Below are positions 14,601 to 27,865 of a DNA stretch of 64,000 nucleotides, one piece after another. The DNA comes from Camelus ferus (lineage: Eukaryota). Below the pieces are notes generated by a model that saw only the letters and a list, made by a program, of their open reading frames with translations, was not told where the DNA came from and made no database searches. Numbering within the stretch: position 1 is the stretch's first letter; every line of letters begins with the position of its first letter. The stretch spans positions 28,274,001 through 28,338,000 of the forward strand of contig NC_045696.1 in the NCBI RefSeq assembly GCF_009834535.1. Direction: 5' to 3'. The translations under genes and the position numbers were made by a program.

Positions 14601-16148
14601 GGTTAGGAGTCTAGCAGGAAATATATTAGAAGGTCAAGAACAGCGAGATCTGTGGTAGGGCATATGCAGGGACATATAAGAGTAGCTATAAAGTAAGGCT
14701 CTTCCTGTCACAAGTTGATGCCCACCAGGAGACATTCCCCACAGAGGAAGCACTATAGAGCCAAGTAGACAAAATGACTGAGTTGGTCAGTGTCAACCAG
14801 CATTTGCTAGAATTCACCCCCATGCTGGCACGGTGGGCACAGGAATTCAGGGGCCACAGTAGAAGAGATGGGGGCAATGCAAGGGTTCAACAGCATAGAT
14901 TCCCACTTGGGCCCAACCTGCCACTGCTGACAACCTACCAACAACATGTGAGCATTATGACACTATTCCTCAAAGAAACAAACTGGCCACCACTGACAGG
15001 GTGACTACATTTGCCCTTTCTGTCCTGGAAGAACCATGGGCTTATATTCCAGGAATAAACGTTTAGCTCAGGCACGTGTTTGGCTTTTCTCTCCATAAGA
15101 CCTCTATCCAAAGGCTTACAGAAATCCTGATCCACAGGCATAGAATTCCACACATCACAGCATCCAGTCAGAGGAACAGCCTCACAGGAAAAGAGACGTG
15201 GGATTGGAGCCATCATCATCAGATCCACTGGTTACATTACATTCTGCATCATGCAGAAATTATAGGCATTATAATGGCGTACTGAAAGTGAAGTGATAGC
15301 CTGGAGGCGATGCCCTCTAAGGAGGAGGTGCCATGCCCCAGGATGCTGTACAAGCATTAAATTAGAAACGGCTAAATGGTACTGCATTCCCCAAAGAAAG
15401 AATATTTAGATCTTAGATTCAGGAACTAAAATATAGAAGGTGCCCCACCTTTCAATATGCTCCAAGACTTACATGGGACTTTGCGGTTCCCATCCCTTTC
15501 ACTTTGGATGCTGTAGAGTTAGAAGCCCTGAATCTGGTCTCAAACATGGATGCACTCTTGCCGGGAGCACAGCAAGAGTCTCAAAGCACTGCGAGCTAGG
15601 ACATCACCTCGGCACCTTAGATCAGAGGGCAAGAAGATGAGTCACTTTCTTTTCAGGGATAATTGACCCCGATTATCAGAAGGGGATGGGGCTGTGGTTT
15701 CACAGTGGGGACAAGGAAGGCTGTGTATGGAGCTAGGGTGCCTCCATGTTGGGGGACTCATCATATCCCCTTGTCTAACTGTAACTGTAAACAGAAATGC
15801 ACACGTGTCTGGAAAAGTGCATCATTTCCAGCCTGAAAAGGGCATGGCTGCTGGGGCTTCAGACATTTCAGGAAGTTCACCCCCACTGGATGAAGCACTG
15901 TGACTGGCGAAAAGAATAACTGAGGGTGGGGAGAATTTAGAATGGACAGTGAAAGAGGGAGAAGGGAGTATGGATTATAGCCCTGAGACCTCTGAAGCAA
16001 TTGGGCCTGTGGTTTTTCCCTCTTTTTCCCACTTCAAATTTTCCCCTCAGGAAGGAATTCTCACAGGCACCATGAGAAAGAAACTTCTTCCCAAACCCAC
16101 AGGATCGTGCAGTACAACTGGTAGACCACAGCAGACAAGGAGACACAC
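11650..16148 (+). mobile_element. Decayed ERV-L (class III; ERV3-16/HERV16-like) internal region: gag-pro-RT-RNaseH-integrase-dUTPase remnants
   Basis: Protease-like remnant ~12865-12980; RT remnant (IANLKNLKSAGLVVPIIFSFNSS, ORF 13011-13235; degenerate HYIDD region ~13495-13525); integrase remnant (IQRLTEILIHRHRIPHITASSQ...IHWLHYILHHAE, ORF 15076-15285); dUTPase motif GIIDPDYQ from 15656. Many stops and frameshifts; 5' boundary approximate. Confidence 0.92.
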
Positions 16149-16554
16149 TGCTTAGATGTCCCTTCAAGAAGGGACTAGCTGCCCAGCAGTGAGGAGTGTG
16201 CCCCACTGTTGGCTCCTTCAAGATCCACCCTAGAGGGAACCCCAGTCAAAAACTGAGGAAAGTATTGTCAGATGAGAGCATGCCCTTCTCAGGGAAAGGC
16301 CTGGACGCTGACTGGGCAAGATGTCGGTCCAAGGTCCTGAGCATTTCTACCAAGGAAAACCTCCTCTAAGGGGGTACCCTTTTCTCCAAGACACTTTGCT
16401 TGGCCAGCAGAGACTTTACTGTGGTCTGAGGGCTTCTCTCACCCAATTTTTCTTCCTTTCCTTTTCCTTCACAGGTGTTACTTCTTTATAAAATTCTCGC
16501 ACTCCCAACTCTGTCTCAGTGCTTGTCTCTGTGAGAACCATACCTGTGGCAACA
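16149..16554 (+). mobile_element. 3' LTR of the ERV-L (LTR16-like)
   Basis: Begins with TG after a degenerate polypurine tract (agacaaggagacacac) and ends actcccaactctgtctcagtgcttgtctctgtgagaaccatacctgtggcaaca, like LTR16-group 3' ends. Confidence 0.75.
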
Positions 16555-16747
16555 CGACCTGAACAACATACAAGGTACCCATGATTTTACCCCTATTGCC
16601 CAAGAGAGTGCCTTGGAGACAGTTAGGACTCAGTAGGTCTCAGCTGGATGTGTGATGCTTTGTTCTCTATATGATTTCTGAGAGAAGGGAGTGAACATTA
16701 CTCCTTATCCAATTCCAATTCTCCTCTGTTCCTTATGGTACATTCTT

Positions 16748-17075
16748 TTTTTTTTTTCTGTATATATATATATATTTTTTTTATTGAAGTATAGTCAGTT
16801 TACAATGTTGTGTCAATTTCTGGTGTACAGCATAGTGCTTCAGTCATACGTGAACATACATGTATTTGTTTTCATATTCTTTTCACCATAGGTTACTACA
16901 AGATATTGAATATAGTTCCCGGTGCTATACAGTATGAACTTGTTGCTTATCTATTTTGTATATTAGTTAGTGTCTGCAAATCTCAAATCCCCAATTTATC
17001 CCTTTCCACCTCTTTTCCCACCTGGTAACCATAAATTTGTTTTCTATATCTGTGATTCTCTGTCTGTTTTGTAAA
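16748..17075 (-). mobile_element. 5'-truncated L1 (3'UTR only) with 9-bp target-site duplication
   Basis: Antisense homologue of the L1 3'UTR at ~640-910 (ttattgaagtatagtcagtttacaatgttgtgtcaatttc...). T/TA-rich tail; tacattctt at 16739-16747 and 17076-17084. Confidence 0.92.
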
Positions 17076-17429
17076 TACATTCTTGAGACCAGAAATAATA
17101 CGGCATTGGAGAAGGGCAGCTGAAGTTAAAGTACTGACATTTTTTTTTCCTTTATATTCAAGTAGTCTTTACTGGGTATTAAAAAAAATCAAATAAGCTA
17201 CTAAAAATTATGTAACTGCCACTTTGTTATTGCCACTGTTTGTATTTTTTTCTAAAACACTTATTCTGTGAACTTTTGCAGTTAAGCTCAGGTTCATATA
17301 CAGGTGGTGTTTTTGGCCAGTTGTAGAAGACAGTACCAAGGACACGCTCAGACTCTGATGGTCTCAAAGTCTCCCATCACTATGTCCTAAATCTCCGGAA
17401 CCTAATATTAGCCACCTACCCATCTGTAT

Positions 17430-17765
17430 GTTATTAATAGATTTATTCTAAATAATTGTCTGATGCGATCATGGGTGCTGGCAAGCATAAAATTTGTAGG
17501 GCAAGCCGCAGGCTGGAAATTCAGATAAGAGTTGATGTAGTCTTGAGGAGAATTCCTTCTTCCCCTGGAAACCTCACTTTTTCTCCTAAGGCCTCCAAAT
17601 GATTGCATGAGATTAATTTATGGAAGTTAATCTGCTTTAGTCAATGTCTACTGATTTAAATGTTAATTACATCAAAAGTGCCTTGGAGCACCATCTAGAC
17701 GGGTGTTTGACAAAACAACTGTGCACCACAGACTAGACAAGTTGACACATAAAATTAACCATCAG
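17430..17765 (-). mobile_element. MLT2-type ERV-L LTR fragment
   Basis: gctggcaagcataaaatttgtagggcaagccgcaggctggaaattcag ... caagttgacacataaaattaaccatca matches the antisense MLT2 pattern. Confidence 0.85.
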
Positions 17766-19587
17766 AGGGCTATTTTATCTGGATGACCAAATTTAAATGC
17801 ATTTCTTGTTTCTGGAAAAAAGGAGAAATCTTGGAGTTTTACTCTCCTCATATCATCAGAAATAAGCTTCTCCATTAGCTAGGAAGCCACAAAATCAGGC
17901 TTTGTGAACATGTAAGTTTCAGTTGAAATAAAATAAAAGGGCCCCCTGCAGAGCTGAGCTTGGTAAGGCCACCTCCTGGCTCCCCAGGTCCCCATTTATG
18001 AGACCAGAAGTCAGGTGACCTTTGGAAGTTAAGAAAACTGTTAATTCATTCTCCTTTTTAATGTTTCTGAACAGTATTCCTGCTCAGAATGTCTGATTGA
18101 ACTGATTTGAGGGCTCCATGCCCTCAGTATATGAAATCCTATGCTAATGAGAAATAAAGAAAGAGATCATATCTGTGATTTTTCTTTATCTTTCTGCATT
18201 GGACCACACACATTTCAGATTTACTGTTTAACAGCTACGTGTTAGAGATGCGGCCCTAGACTGTGGTTTAAACCTGTTCAGTACACAGTCTCTGATTCAA
18301 GAAGAAAGAAATCTGGTGTTTAGAGAGTGGGAAAGCCAAAAATAAAAGTTGTTAATTTTACTCTCAGGTTTACTGTCAGGCTCAGTTTTATTTTAAAAAT
18401 AAAATTGAAGAAAAATTCTTGCCCAAAGTGAAATTAAGATGATGCATAAAAATGTAGTTAATAATTTGAAACCCGTGGGTTTGAGGGCCATTTTCTAACG
18501 CTACACTGAAATAGAAAATAGAATAATAGGAATGGAGAATATACGAGAAACTGCCTTTCATTTGGGGCCAGGAACTTTGAGGAGGAGATGGATTCTCATA
18601 AAATTCTAGTGCCCTTTAAATCTACTCTGTAGCAAGGTAGACTAAACAGAAAACAGCTCTACTTCATTTTGTCAAATAATTTGATCTCTCTATCTCAGAG
18701 AAATGTTCCATTTAATTCAATCACGTTTTCTGAACCAAAAGTTTGTTGTAACTGTACTGTGACTCCCTATCCATCTCCACTGAAAACAAAACAAAACAAA
18801 ACTGTTCTTAGCCTTTATTTGATTTTATAGGACTTTATCTCTTGGTTTCCATGTCAGATCTGTAATGCAATATACCCTCCAGAAAAATTATGAAGATAAA
18901 AACCAAGTGAAATTGAATTTAAGCGTGAGGGGAAATAGTCAACATTTCAAAGAATAACCATATATGAAATCATCAGGGTACCTCAGGGCACTATGTCATT
19001 TTAACTAAGTTGTTTTAGAAATACATTCGCACTGTAGTTAGAATTACCTAGGAAATATCTGACATACTTCCAGACGTGAGAGAATAATAAAGGGTTGTCC
19101 TTACTGTTTAGTTTAAAAACAAAGACATGGTGATTTGTTGTACTGGAGGGTTTGTGTAAAATTGGCATCATAATTTATTGTTTCTTTTACTAATGGCTTT
19201 AAACTATGAAATTTAGTAATTTAATGGGTACTTTTTGATCTCTTTTTTTGAAAAAGTCTTATTTCTGGCGTTTCTGTTTGTGCATTTGCAATGGGGTATT
19301 TAAAGGATTAGTAACCTCACTTGTTATTTCTGTAATTGAAGATTTTCCTGTACTGCTTTTCAGCGTAAAAGGTTTGTTTGCATAGATAAAGTCCATGACA
19401 CCACATTAGTTGCATCTACTTCACATTCTGTTTGGAGAAGATGATGGATCAGCATCCTATTTTATGTGTAGATATTAATACTCAATCTCAGTAGAATTCC
19501 GGGTAGTTTTAAGAGCACACCAACAGGTTTGGCTTGAGGCTTCACTATATACCATGAAAAGCCTGCTGAAAAACAAAGGCTCTCAAC

Positions 19588-19830
19588 TGACAGAATAGAA
19601 GGTCTGGAAACAGGCCCACATCTATAAAATTAACATACAATTGACAAAGTGACACTATAGTTTAGTGGAGAAACGTCGGTAATTGGAATAAATGGCACAG
19701 GATTATTAGGATTTCTATAACCGGATTTCCATATGACAAATAATGCATACTGACCCCGATTTCACATCATATGAGAAACAATTAACTCCGGTTTGTAGAT
19801 CTAAGTGTAAAAGATACTCTTTTTGAGAAA
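19588..19830 (+). mobile_element. Old L1 (L1M) ORF2 fragment
   Basis: acagaatagaaggtctggaaacaggcccaca...ttgacaaag...ttcacatcatatgagaaacaattaactcc...gatctaagtgtaaaag parallels the L1 ORF2 segment at ~31550-31790. Confidence 0.7.
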
Positions 19831-20284
19831 AGATAGTGACTTACCTGCACATTTGCCAGGTTTAGCAGAGCACAGATATCCGGTTCTCTCTCCCCACTGC
19901 TTCGTGTGCCTTACAGCTCCCTTATTCCTCCGCTGACGGGCCGTCTTACAACTAGATCCCATCAGAGGACTGATCGCACCTGCTCTGCGGCTGCTGCGAC
20001 TCTTACCACTACGGCCACGACGACGGAGCGTCCTGAGCCTCCTTCCTGAATGGCGCCCATACCTCTACTTTTGCTCTTGCCCTTGTGCTCTCCAGAAAAC
20101 AAAGACTGTGTGCATTTACTATTTAAATAAACAAGTGCTACTTAAGTGAATTTTTATTGCTCTTAGATTTTTTTTTTAAATCCAAAATCTAAAGGGTACT
20201 GCCTCCAGCCTGCTTCTCCACCAAGTGCTCACTCAACTTTAGCTGTGTTCTCAGTCCTCTTTTCTAGAGTGTTGTTGTTGTTCA

Positions 20285-20406
20285 TTTTGTTTTGTTTTTG
20301 TTTTGGGGGGTAATTAGGTTTATTTCTTTATTTATTTTAATGGAGGCACTGGGGATTGAACCCAGGACCTCGTGCACGCGCTCTACCACTGAGCTGAACC
20401 CTCCCC
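20285..20406 (-). mobile_element. tRNA-derived SINE (camelid Vic-1-like)
   Basis: Reverse complement GGGGAGGGTTCAGCTCAGTGGTAGAGCGCGTGCACGAGGTCCTGGGTTCAATCCCCAGTGCCTCCA has Pol III A and B boxes, followed by an AT-rich linker, CCTAATTACCCC and an A-rich tail. Two more copies in the window. Confidence 0.92.
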
Positions 20407-20454
20407 ACGTTTGGTCTCCTTTCTAATATCTCACGTTCTCTAAATGTTACTAGA

Positions 20455-20820
20455 CAAGACTTCACACTGACTGATTCCTCTAGAGGCTGTTTTCTTCTGC
20501 TCCGTATAACTGGTTCCTTCACTTTCTACAGCTCACTGTTGAATTGTTACTTCTTCTCCCCTAAACATTTCAGATAGCTAGATGTTTCCCATGTACTCTA
20601 TGGGATATATTGTGTTTATTTTCCTTATTGTTCTTATCAAAATGTTTGTTTATGTTATCATTCATTTACTTTCTATTTTCTCCACTGGAATTTAAATGCC
20701 ATGAAAGTGGAAACCTTGACTTCTTTTGCTGACCTGTTCCAGTGATTACTGGAATCTGGCACAGTGCAATGTTTGATGTTTCTGGTATAGTCGGTGTTCA
20801 GTAAATATTTTGAATAATCG
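20455..20820 (+). mobile_element. L2 3' region
   Basis: ccactggaatttaaatgccatgaaagtggaaacctt...ctggtatagtcggtgttcagtaaatattttgaataa resembles the L2 terminus. Confidence 0.7.
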
Positions 20821-20859
20821 ATTATATCCTTCCCAGATGATGTCAGATATGGATGGATT

Positions 20860-20993
20860 AACACCTTGCTACTCAAAGTGTGGTCTCGGACCCACAGCAG
20901 TGGCAGCACCTGGGAGCTTGTTAGGTTTGTAGAATCTGCGTTTTAACAAAACCCCAGTTGGTTTATATGCACATTAAAGTTTGAGAAGCACTA
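20860..20993. mobile_element. MER5A-like hAT-Charlie non-autonomous DNA transposon
   Basis: ctactcaaagtgtggtc...cagcagtggcagcacctgggagcttgttag...tgcacattaaagtttgagaagcact. Confidence 0.85.
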
Positions 20994-22544
20994 AATTAAC
21001 ACTAAGAGATTTTTCTTTTGAGCGCGTACTGCCCAAGAGTCTAACATCTTTGTATTCAAGTAAGATTAATCTTAAAATGCCCTTAGAAATGAAGAGTATT
21101 AAATAAGAACTTGAAATGTGGCAAATGGACTAAGTAGGGAAGAGAAATGAAGTATTTTAGAAAGGCTTGTAGACAGGAGCTAGTGAGCCATACATACATC
21201 GAGGGAATCAGGAATACAGAGTCCCACGTCACCAATAGTAGTTGCCTAGCATTCAGCATATGGACCAGGACACGTGAAAAACAATTTTAAATGAAGCCAA
21301 TGACTAGGAACTGAAAATGTCTTCTCAGACATAAAGAGAAGTGGCAGTTACAAAGACACCCAAAATAGAGTGTGTAATCCCAAACATGGGAAGTTTATAA
21401 CATAAAGTGCTGTGATCACTGAGGGAGGGGAAGCTGGCTATTATTCTAGACATGGTTCAGTTTGTGCCTCCCACACAATTTCTATATAAGGTACTAAGAA
21501 AAAGGATACCATGAAGCAGTGTCCTGTTTCCGACCATCTTTCTAAAACACAAAATAACAAAATTTAAACTTCCTAAAATATAAAAAGTAAATTTCAACTG
21601 ATGCTGAAAGTTAGCCTTGTGATGGACTCTTTTGGGCATACAGTTTAATGGGCTGTTGGAAGTGGCAAGAGTTTAAGCAACCAACATACTAAGTTTTTCT
21701 ACAAGAGTAGGAACACCGATAGGAATTTCAGTTGACGTGACTTAGGGTTTTGCATGGCAGAGAAGAAGCAAAAAGTTACCTATCAGTGTATTTTAATTTA
21801 TTTACTAAAAATACAGCTTGGATAAAATGTAAATAAAACTTTAACTGTAGCAGAGAGTGCTAATGAATATTTTACAACTTTTCTTGATAATTGTTTTCAT
21901 GAAATATCATTTCTCCATCCAATAGGTCACCTGGTATCAAGAAGAATTCCTACCTGGACTTGGTTAGTGGAAATATAGGATAATAAAGAATTTTATACTG
22001 AAAGCTTTATACAGCTTTATTCATTTCTCACAGCTGAATGGAAGATAAATTACCAACTTTCAGATATTCAAAATTATTCAATTTAATGAACTGCCAAGTT
22101 GTTCAATCATATACATCCAGATTTCTCTGAAACCAAAATAAATAGAATCAGGGAAAAGATGCTTTCAAATTATTTTTGTAGAAACCCTATCTCAGTGTAA
22201 GATGGAGCTCCAAATGACCCTGATGATGGTTACACAACCTCCAAATGTTTTGTTGTTTTGCTGTCTCGAAGTAAGTGGAAATAATAAAGGAATACAAACG
22301 TAAACTTCAATTCTTTTTCACTGGATATAAATATATATATATATATAATGATTAGGTTAAGGTATTGACATGTTTCTCAGTGACAGTGAGCTTTTCAACA
22401 TTTCTTGGTTTTTTTTTTCCATACAATAGTTTTTCAGCTTAGGACAATGCTCTTACATCCATGGTTCCCATAACGTGCTTGGCCAACTACACAGCCAATT
22501 CAAATGCATGGGATTGATTTCTTGCTATTTATCTGATCACATAT

Positions 22545-22670
22545 CAGCAATCTGTTTGGAATGCAAGATCCCTGAGGTCAAAGACCACAACTCATTCATC
22601 TCTGTACCCTAAGGCCTAGCAAGGCAATCAACACCATTGTGACCCTCCAGTGTTTCCTGAATGAAGGAAC
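22545..22670 (+). mobile_element. L2 3'-end fragment
   Basis: gaatgcaagatccctgaggtcaaagaccac...ttcatctctgtaccctaaggcctagca...tgaatgaa. Confidence 0.6.
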
Positions 22671-22799
22671 TAGTACAAAGAATCCAGACCTTAAAGTAAT
22701 ACTTCCCTGTGGTTATTTATCCAGGTGTTAGATGACAGTTCAACCTCTGAGAAGAAAGTTTACTTTTCCAGTAGTATTGATTAAACTTATGATGTAATA

Positions 22800-23150
22800 T
22801 TAAACTTACGAAGCAGAGTTAAAACTCAAAAGTCTTGATGGCTTAAAATGATGAAGGTTTATTTCTCACTCATGCTCTGTGTCTATCATGGTGGGCAGGA
22901 GTTCCTGCTTATTGTGGTCAGTAAGTTACCCAGGCTGATGACATGCCAGTGTCCTGACTGTTGCCAGAGAAAGAGAATGAAGAATCACAAATTGGCTTTA
23001 AAAACTTTTCCCTACAGTGACTAATAGCACTTCTCACACTTGATTGGCCAAAATGAATTATAAGGCCAACCTAGATTCCAAAAGTAGAAAAGTCTAAGGG
23101 AAGAAAGGCACCCTCACGTGTGCCTGAAAGATCAAAGCTAAGAATATTTG
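22800..23150 (-). mobile_element. Ancient MaLR/ERV-L LTR fragment (MLT1- or LTR33-like)
   Basis: tggcttaaaatgatgaaggtttatttctcactcatgc...acccaggctgatg...gattggccaaaatgaattataaggcca. Confidence 0.6.
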
Positions 23151-26100
23151 ACCAAAGTTCTAACGATTATTCCTCCACCAAAATTTTTTTCAAAGGGCAT
23201 TAGGGTCAGGATATAGTGATCCTTCACCATCTTCACATTGGCAAAAAACGTGTGTGTAGGAGGTGGAAGATGGGGAGGCCAAGGACGGTTGATTGTGTGA
23301 AGTGTTGCTGCTGGTTTGAATCTTGGAAGAGTTTTAATCCAGGTGAAAAGTCCATTGCCAGTTTTATGACAGATGCAATACATACTTGAGTAACAAGAGC
23401 ACTAGCTTAAGACATGACTTAACAAGTGTGTCTCCTGGGCTGTTTTGTGATGCTTTGCATGTTTTGAATTATAATTAAATATGTTTACATATAACTATAC
23501 TTGTACATACATATATATATATGTATGCACACACACATACATATTTAATATCTCACCTCAAGCCCAAGCAAAAGAAGCATCTAGAAAGTATCTTGCACAT
23601 AATTGGAGGTAATCAGTAAGTTTTCACTCTCTCTTAGTGATATTATAGATCACAGTTAGATTTCATATATTACTTAATGTTAACCTTTACTAGAATATTA
23701 AACCAAATACTACAAGAATTCTGTTCAAAAAATCTTTTTCCTGTTATGTCCAAATTTAGACCATAAGATTATAGAATTAAATAGCTCTATGATCTAATAT
23801 TACAAGCATCTGAAAAGTAAATATACAGAATTTATACAAAAAGAACTCCACTTTTTTCAAATGACATTTGTACCAAGTGGGAGACCTAGAATTCAGATTT
23901 TTGGCATTATATCCAATAAAAGCTATATATTATAAGTAGTAAGTATTAATTTTATAAATAAAATTACTGAATGCATTACTGAACATTTTATTTTGAAGCC
24001 AAACAATTATTCCTTTGAATGGTTGTAATTTTAGATGGTATAAGTTTCTGAAGCCTGGAGGTGTCCTTATTTAAATTATACCTGTGTATCTAAATGCCTT
24101 GTCAAAGTGAATTATAGTCTGGAAAAGAATTCTTGGGGCATATACAGGTCAAATCCCTCCTACACGCACCACTGCAATAAAAAGTTCACTATAACAAAAA
24201 GTTCATGGAAGTGCTGGCTGGTGGCCCATGTTAACAAAGCAGATCTAGTGAGAATGAATTCTCTGGCACTGAGTAACTATATCAAGAAGTTTTCAACTTC
24301 AAGAGCCATAGTAATTTTTAATTGCCGAAGGATTTATTCTCTATTGTGAGTTCTTTGCTTCTCATGATTTGGTTGAGAAGTTGATCAGTTTTGTCCTTTG
24401 AGAAATATAGATGAACTACTTAATTTTCAGCATTTGAAAAATATTTCCTATAATATTTCATATTGTCCATGTCTAGGGGGTTTAGGGACGTATGTGTAGT
24501 GGGTATTGCATCCGTGGTCTAGGGGAGTGGAAAGAGTCCTTTGCATTGCTGAGACTTCATAAAACATTTCTTTCTATATTCATATCATTGAATTAGAATT
24601 GACAGGTGAACACTCAGTGTCAAATATTTGCTTTTCTTCTGAGTTTGGAAAATGTTAATACTGTGGATCCAGACCGTAAGGGAAAGTAGACGGTTTCAGA
24701 AGATGGTTTCTTCATTACTGTGGGATGGGTGGATGTTATTTTGAGGTATCAATCATCCTCCAGGGAATTCTCTCCTCCCTATGCCTGTTCCATCCCTACG
24801 CTTTCATACACCTAGACTTTGTTAGCCTCATTGCTTTAAGTAAGTGTTGCAATGACATGAACATCAGTTTTAACTGTCTCTGGTTCCTTATCAAAATATA
24901 GAGAATATACGTTTTGGAGAAAATATTTGCAAGGGACAAGGCAAAATCTCTTCTTCTGATCACCATGTTTTCCTTAAACCTTTACTCAGTCCTTCCTTGG
25001 GCCATACTTGCCAGAATCTCATGACTCTCACCCCTCCATAGGCACACACAATGTACCAAACATAAAGAGGATATGCCTCGGGCACTTGTTGGGATGGTGG
25101 CGGTATGAAAATAAGGCCTCCCAGCCATGTTGTCCCTAGTTGCTTGGGGGAAGAAATACTGCGGATGTTGTATAGAACCATCTAGAGATTCACACTAACT
25201 TGAGACAGAGCAAAACATATAGTCTTGTTACATACTGTCCTAGAGACAGACATTCTGTGGAGAGCCCATGTTGAAAATAATTGAGTGCATTGATTAAATG
25301 AATGCACTGATAAAACTGTGGGTTGCCAGATCAGTGATACAGGGAGGTAAGAACAGGAGAAAAAAGTTCGCAAATAGAAGGAATCTGATCGCTCACTGGG
25401 CTTGGGAGAAGTATGAGAGCTTCTACGTATGAAGGCAGAGATCGGATTCAGTGAGAATAAAGGGATGGGGAAAGTGAAAGGACAGGAGACGGTAATCTGA
25501 GAGGGATTTACAGATCAGTCTTGGGAGTGAGTCAGTTTTACATGGTAACAGACACGACCGTGCTGGTGAGAGCTTAGGCATGGTGAATGCTGAGACCACT
25601 GGAACTGGGTGGTTGGGAGGTCAGTGGAATAAAGGGGATGCAAAATTCTCAGGTTGTTTTTCAAAGAAACATTTCTGATTAGCAGTTATTAAAGTAACTG
25701 TAATTTGGAAGGTAGGTTAAAGGGAGAAAACTTCATCCCACTAATAGGCAGAATTTAGGTTGAGGAGTTCTTGAATCTATCAGCCTCAGGCTCTCCTACC
25801 TGCCTAATATTCATTTCCTCATTTTCCCATTTTTTTTAAACCCATTTTCTCTTTTTAAGGGAACTGTGATTTTATTTTCTGTGACAGTGTCCCCAGTTAT
25901 ACGTGCTCACAGCCAAGCCTGTCTTACAACTCGGTGCAGCTGTCTAATGAGCATCTCGCCGTAGAGATGTAAGCGAAGACAGGCAGTGGGGATTCCTCCA
26001 AAGGTTTCTTTGTTGTTGTTTTATTTATGTGTTTTTTTCAAACTGACTTAATTGTCCTTGCTCCTATCCTTTTGCCCTTTGTCTTTCCCCCTTTTAACTC

Positions 26101-27773
26101 CTTGGAACAAGGATGCAATATCTGGATGCACGGAAGCCAACTTTTGAACATCCAGAGGAAGGCTTTGGGTTAAGATTGTGGGAGCAGAGATCCAGAAAGA
26201 GCCTGGACTCGGGTGGCTTAGAGAAGGCAATTTATTATCTCCCTGCACCTTCATGCTATTTGACAAAATTAAGCCTTATGTGATCATAAGACAAGTTTCT
26301 GTTACAGGCAACCAAACACAATCCCTAATTGGAAAAAGATCCAGTTGTAATGGTGTTGTTGAGAAAAAGTTATGCCTTAAGCAACCAAAATCTAACTCCT
26401 CAGATGACTGACATTGACCTAATGATGAATTCACTGATTAAGGGGAAGGGCTGTGTTTGGCTAGTGTCCTGCCATTTCAAATCTGCCTCTCCAGGTGTTC
26501 AGGAATATTCGCAATCAAAAGAATATTGGAATTCATTTATGATAATCCATACTATGCTATTCAGTTTTATTAAAATGTTATTCCTCTGTGAAATTGATCC
26601 TTAGGTTAATTTGGAGGCGGGGAAACTTGCCAGGTCAAAGTTTGAATAAATTACAGGATGAAAAGTAGCATATGTTCTCAAAAATCTGAAAATTAGTTGC
26701 AAAGTCACAGCTAATTTAATTACCTGGTTTTACTGCCTTGGAATAATAATGCAGAATGAGAGTTATAATAAAATTAGCCAAAATACAGCCCATTGGAAAT
26801 TTTAAAGAAGAAACCTGCATGGTTTGGTTGCCTACTTTAAATACAATGGTTTTATTAAAAACAAGATATAATTTTAACGATAATGATCTAGGTACCTCAT
26901 AAAACCACATTTCCATTTCTATCGTGCAATCTAATGAAACACATTTGTTATCTACCGTTATCTCTCATACATTCAATTGAATATTTTCAAATACAGATTC
27001 TCAGATTAAGTGGCTAGGAAACAGTATGCAACTACAGATACCAGTAGAACATACTATGTAAATGTAGTTGAGACAACCAGTAATGTTGGATCTATGTAAC
27101 ACTGATTGATGACTCTATAATACATATATAGTCAGATCTGGTGTTTTGCTTGAATATGGCTAAATAAACTGGAAATGTATGATATGCACATAATTTAAAA
27201 TACGTGCATAAGACATCTCTGGTCAGAGGGTCTAAGAACTGAGCTTGCTTTAATGTAATTTTATATAAGAAAGCTTTGAAAGAGAAGATTAATCTTCCTG
27301 TCCTGTACAAAGTTCAGGCCACCAATCTGCCTCTTAATTTCATTACACACACCCTCAAACACCCATAATTCCATTGTCCATTGTTTTAAATAACTCTGTG
27401 TACAAATTGAAGGACTTTCAGCTATGATTCAGTGCTGTTAATTTCTAATAGCTAATATGATAACCACCAAGCATCATCTAATTTAGTCCTTAGAATTGAC
27501 AGTTAAATAAAACTAATGTTATTAAAGGCACTCTTCATAAAGTGAGGCTCCTTGCCCTGATAAAATCTTTTATTACAAATTTCGGATCTTATCCAGCCTG
27601 GTAAAAAGATGATTATATTCAATTCCATAGTTCAGGGTGGTCTTTGCACACACATTGAGGTTTCTAAAAATTTTTCAAGTCTTTTTCTTTATTTACTAAG
27701 TGATCTGGAATTCTTGGATTTAACCTCAGTTCTTCAATGAAATATGTAAGTTTAAATAAGCAATTTCCACTAC

Positions 27774-27774
<1 letters not shown>

Positions 27775-27830
<56 letters not shown>

Positions 27831-27834
27831 ATAC

Positions 27835-27865
<31 letters not shown>

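Noticed and set aside
20340..20406. tRNA-like sequence (also at ~47322-47396 and ~48695-48757)
   Set aside because: Each is followed by the same linker and A-rich tail, is degenerate, and occurs in multiple copies. These are SINE heads, not tRNA genes.
22182..22270. Possible 89-nt exon (tttttgtag|...gaa|gtaagt)
   Set aside because: Good-looking splice sites, but no recognisable peptide and no partner exons. Such pseudo-exons are common; a lncRNA exon cannot be excluded.
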